Below are positions 59,776 through 64,000 of a stretch of 64,000 bases of DNA, piece after piece. This stretch comes from Lama guanicoe (Eukaryota). Where the stretch lies: assembly GCA_013239625.1 (NCBI GenBank), contig MU054338.1, positions 1,924,001 through 1,988,000 of the forward strand, in the 5' to 3' direction. Position 1 is the stretch's first letter. Every line of letters starts with the position of its first letter. The notes beneath the pieces were generated by a model. That model saw only the letters and a program-made list of their open reading frames with translations, made no database searches and was not told where the DNA came from. Position numbers and translations under genes: made by a program.

Positions 59776-62700
59776 TGAGGAAGGGTGGAAATGCTGCTGT
59801 GACACTGTGGAGGGGGGTGTCCTGCCATAGAGAGGTGCACCCTCAGAATGGTGCTGGAGTTTGGAGGCACCGAGTCGGGTGGTGGGTCGGTGGCCTTCAG
59901 GAGGCCTCGGGTCTTGGTGAGACCCACCTTTGGGGACCCTCCTGGTCCTCCTTTGGATAAAATGCCTTCTCTGTTTTTTTCCCTAAGTGTGTCTCAGTCT
60001 AAAGGCTGTACAGTGGGCCATCTTTGCGGAAAAGACAGGCAGAGAGTAACCTTAGAGTTGGGAGGAAGCCTGCAGCGAGGTCCCAGGGGCACTTGGGAAG
60101 ACAGTGTGGCATGAGCTGTGTTTTGCCGGTAGAGGTAGACTTTATTTTCAGAGGGCAGATTCGGAAGTTACCGGCGTGTTGATGTTATCAGACAGCCTTG
60201 CTTGGGGGCTGCGTGAGCCTCCGGACGCCCCCGCCGCCCATCCTGAGCGTACTCAGGCTCCAGATTGATCTGGGGTTCAAGGACGCAGGTCAGTAGCCTG
60301 CGCTCCTGCAGCCTTGGTGTGTGTCTCCCTGGGCCTGGGCTGAGGAGCCTTGCAGGGAGTCTGAAAGTGTTTGGTCCCCACCGGTGGGCACAGGGTGTTG
60401 GCTGCAGGAGCACCTGTGTCTGCAGTCCCGCCCTTTCCCTGCTTGTGATCCCAGAGAGGCACCCAGTCCTCCCCACCGCTATCTTGCAGGACGGGGAATT
60501 GTGCACCTGGCTCCGGAAGCTGTTAAGTCCTAGGCATGGGGGTGCAGATAGGAAAATGAGGACAACGTGAGGTCCAAGGTGAAGGTTTATGACAGCAGGA
60601 GGGCGGCTGTGAATGCCGAGCAGAGGTCCAGGGGACGTGCTGGAGGCTGGGGGAGGGTACTGAGTCGCTTCCCTGCCCCACCCCTTCAATGTTGGGAGCA
60701 CTCCTGTCCCAACAAAGCACAGATGTCCCCAGACATGCCCAGTGTCCCCTAGGGGCAGAATCACCCCATTTGTGTTACCAGAATCAGCCCCGCCCCTTGG
60801 CAGTACGTGGTGTAAAACGTCTGTGGCCGAGCTGGTGTGTGAGCAGTGTGGGCTGTTTCACTCGATGCTTTGTGAATGCTTAAAAAGTGAGCCTTTTTTT
60901 GTTGGTCCTTGACGCTGGCCTGTGGCGGGGTGTGGGAGCAGCCAGCCATCTCTGTAGCGGACACGCGGCAGTCCCGCCCGCTCAGCATCGCTCTCCCACT
61001 TTACAGAAGGGCTCGAAGCCCAGCTCGGAGCTCCTGGGGCCGGGGCCGGGGCTGGGCTGCTGGCTCTGCCTGCCGTGGTCTGTCCTGCTTCAGGTGCTGC
61101 CCTTGTCCCCACGTTTCTGAAACTCAGCGACAACCACTGAGGAGGCTCCTTGTCTGTTCCTTAGGGCAGGTTTCCCGTTAAAACCCTGTTTCTGGAGGCT
61201 CAGCGTGCTGGCCAGGCTGTGCCCGAGCGGCTCCGGGATTTCTAAATAAAGCAGGGCGGTCAGTTCTGCAGGCTTCCTGTCCGGCCCGCGCCGGCCCCCA
61301 AGGGCAGTGAAAAGGCCCGGAATCCGGCCTGGGGTGTGGTGGCCCCGGCGGGAAGGGCGCGCCTCCCCGTGCTTTGAGGCGCGGAGTGGAGCATGGCCAT
61401 GGCTCCTGGCAGTGGCCTTGCGCGTCCCCCGCAGACACCCCAGAGCAGGAAGCTCCGTGGGGCCTCTCGTCCGCCCTTCGCGGCCCACCTGGGGTGTGTC
61501 CTGGGTGCTTTAAAATTAAGTGGAATTTTGTGTTACCGAAGGGGTCTACTTTTTAGGGCGCTGTCCCCGGAGGTGCAGGAGCCCAGACTTGCCCTCAGAA
61601 CTCCCCTCCATCGGTTTCCTGCGCCCGGACGGGACTCTCCCTTCCCGTGGGGCCCCAGGGAACGACTCGGAGGAAGGACACGAGTGTTGCCGGGGCTAGG
61701 AGCGTGGCCTTGCCAGGTGTATCCCTGGGTTCCAGACTCCACGTGCACAGATGCCTCTGGGCGGATTGGCTGACTCCACTGATCGCTGCTGAGACTTGAG
61801 GAAGCGCTTTGCCTGCGATGTTTAACCACAGAAGGTTTCACTTTCTGACTTTTGTGGCGGAGCCCTTCTCCCTGCAGCCCAGGGGCCTGTCTCGGTCACT
61901 AGTGCTGCTGGGCTGGGGGCCTGGGGCGGCTGCAGGGAGACCAGAGAGCAGTGGAGGAGCCCTGCGGGAGGGGCGGGAGCTCGCTTGTCCCTCCTCCACC
62001 CCGACAGCCTTGGGGGCAGAGTCCTGCCCTGGGTGGGCCGTTCTGGTCTGGGACTGAGCCAGATGGGTGTGGGGAACTGGGTGCTCTCAGAAGGAGCCGC
62101 TGTCTCTGGTCCTCCACAGAGCCCTCCACTCCCCTCAGGACAGTGAGCTGTGGGGCAGGTGTCCACAGACGGGACTGTGACATCTCACAGGCTTCGGGGG
62201 CACACATGCGCGGGTTTTTTTTTTGGTGGAACTCCAGCTGCTGTCAGAACTGGGCCCCCAGGCCTCAGGCTGGCTGGCTGGGGGAATTTGTGCCACCACT
62301 CGTAGGGGCCCCTCTGCCTCCCTTGTGGCCCTGGTCTCTTTCCTCTATGGGGCCTCTGGACGGTCGCTGCCCCTTGTTCCCTCTACCATTTCCCACCTCC
62401 AGTCTCAGCCACCCTGCCCGTGGCCCAGCACAGAGCTCTGTGGGCCTCAGAGATGTTTGCCCAGTGACTTTGATTTGTTAATTGAACAAAGTTGCCCCAG
62501 GCAGATGGAATGGGGGTAACCAGGTGCCCCAGCTTTGGGTGGCCTCACATCTCACCTGGATGTGAGGCTTTGTATGGACAGAGACTCCGGGGGGACAGCT
62601 TGCAGCTGCCGCCCTCCCGAGGCCCTCCTGTGAACCGGCACGGGGTGGGCTGTCTGTGAGGGCTCCCGTGCGAGCCAGCGCCAGCAGTGGGGGGGACCGC

Positions 62701-64000
62701 GGCTCCCCTGCCCGCACACTCTCCTGTCTGGGGTCAGGGTGATGATGTCCGTGGGGCTCTTGGCACACAGTTGGTGCTCAGCAAAGCAGAAGGCGTTGTT
62801 GGCCCCGTCACCACCACTCTTCCCACCGGGGGCTTTGCCGGAGTCCGCGGCAAGCCCACCAGGCCAGAGCCGGAGGGGCGGAGGGTTCTGTCCCTGAGTG
62901 CCTCCTGAGCCCGGGTGTTCTCTTTTGCAGAAGGACAGTCGTCAGACCGATATTGGGTGATGGGAGGAGTGAGGGTGATGCACTTCACACTAGGGGGTGC
63001 GTCTGCCCTGATGCTTCTTCTCTCGGTGTCGTCGGGGCTCCCTCTGCTAGGAGCAGAACCCCCTTTTCCTGCCACCGGGCCCCTGGAACTTGGCCCTCAG
63101 AGCTCGGCCATCTGGTTCCCTATTATGGTTCCAGCCCGGCTGGTGCGGGGCCTGGTGGGCGCACCCTTGGAAGGAGTGGCTCCCAGCAGGACCTGCCCGA
63201 AACCACCCTTCCTGCGCCATGGAGGTTTGCTTCCCACCGCTGGCTGGTCGGGCCTAGAATTGACAGGTCCGACCCCTCACCAAGGCCTGTGGGGTGGAGT
63301 TTGAACGGGAGGCGGGTCGTCCTGTCTCTGCTCCATCAGCCCTCTCATCCAAGTCTCAATGGGTGGGCAGGGATCCTCCGTTCCCCAGGCCTAGCAACTG
63401 TCCACACACCTGCAGGTGGGCCACACGGCAGGGCTGGGCGGGACTGGGGGCTCACACCGGGTCTCCCCAGCTCTGAGAGCTGGGCTGCAGGAGGGGCTGC
63501 AGTAGGACCCAGCACGTGGGGACAAAAGTGGGGCCTTGGAGTTACCCCAGGCGGTAAGGCTGGCCCTGCCGACTCACCTGCCGCAGGGCGGGGATCAGAT
63601 GAAGGGGAATGTCCAGAGGGCCCTCTTGTCATCCGCTTGGTCTTCCTGGCCCTAGTCCACGCAGGCGCCACTGGCGCGTTGTCCCCGAAGGCCCCGTGGC
63701 CGGCCCGGGAGAGCTGTTCCCGTGCCCCTGCCTTCTCCCCGTTCTCTGGGGAGATGGACGTGTGTGAAGCCAGGAGACCCGAGTCTGTTAAGGTCTGGCA
63801 GGTACTGACTGTGTGACCTCAGCAAATCTGCTTGACCTCTCTGTGCTTCACCTCCCTCACCTGTCCTGGGGGGGTGGGGTGCTAGCTGTCCCCCTGAGTG
63901 AATGAGTGAATGAATGATAGAGCGAGCGGGAGCTGGGGGAGCATGTAATCGCCATCCTCGGCTGCGCGAGGGTTCTGCACTTCCTCTGTCTCCCAGTGTA

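Noticed and set aside
62953..63816. 287-aa ORF and other long intronic or intergenic ORFs in the track
   Set aside because: Low-complexity Pro/Gly/Arg translations, many with non-ATG starts, overlapping on both strands, with no recognisable domains or exon structure.

Overview
Mammalian (eutherian) genomic DNA, GC-rich, matching the TLE2 - TLE5/AES - GNA11 block (human 19p13.3 synteny, recognised from the encoded peptides). Minus strand: coding exons 1-9 of TLE2 (ATG 7822, gene continues off the left edge) and the complete 7-exon TLE5/AES (ATG 29194, stop 21725-21727, 197 aa). Plus strand: GNA11 exon 1 (58504-58639) and the start of intron 1. All exon boundaries were read by hand as GT-AG with consistent phases. 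The rest is CpG islands, two N gaps and old repeats (L1M, L2, MIR, MER20, MER3, MER58, MER82, MER91, MER21, MLT1), plus six copies of a tRNA-derived SINE that suggests a camelid host. Repeat names are from recalled consensus sequences, not a search. Most notable: (1) a full-length U6 retrocopy fused to a ~185-nt polyadenylated 3' partner inside one 13-bp target-site duplication; (2) an indel-free 7 x 40-bp palindrome-rich array at the GNA11 promoter; (3) Leu instead of Tyr at TLE5 residue 64 plus an in-frame alternative donor; (4) a frameshifting 20-nt TLE2 microexon whose skipping gives an AES-like short form; (5) a disrupted MIR-derived counterpart of the human long AES first exon; (6) a 424-codon read-through ORF into GNA11 intron 1. 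No new multi-gene system is supportable, and most ORF-track entries are GC-rich noise.
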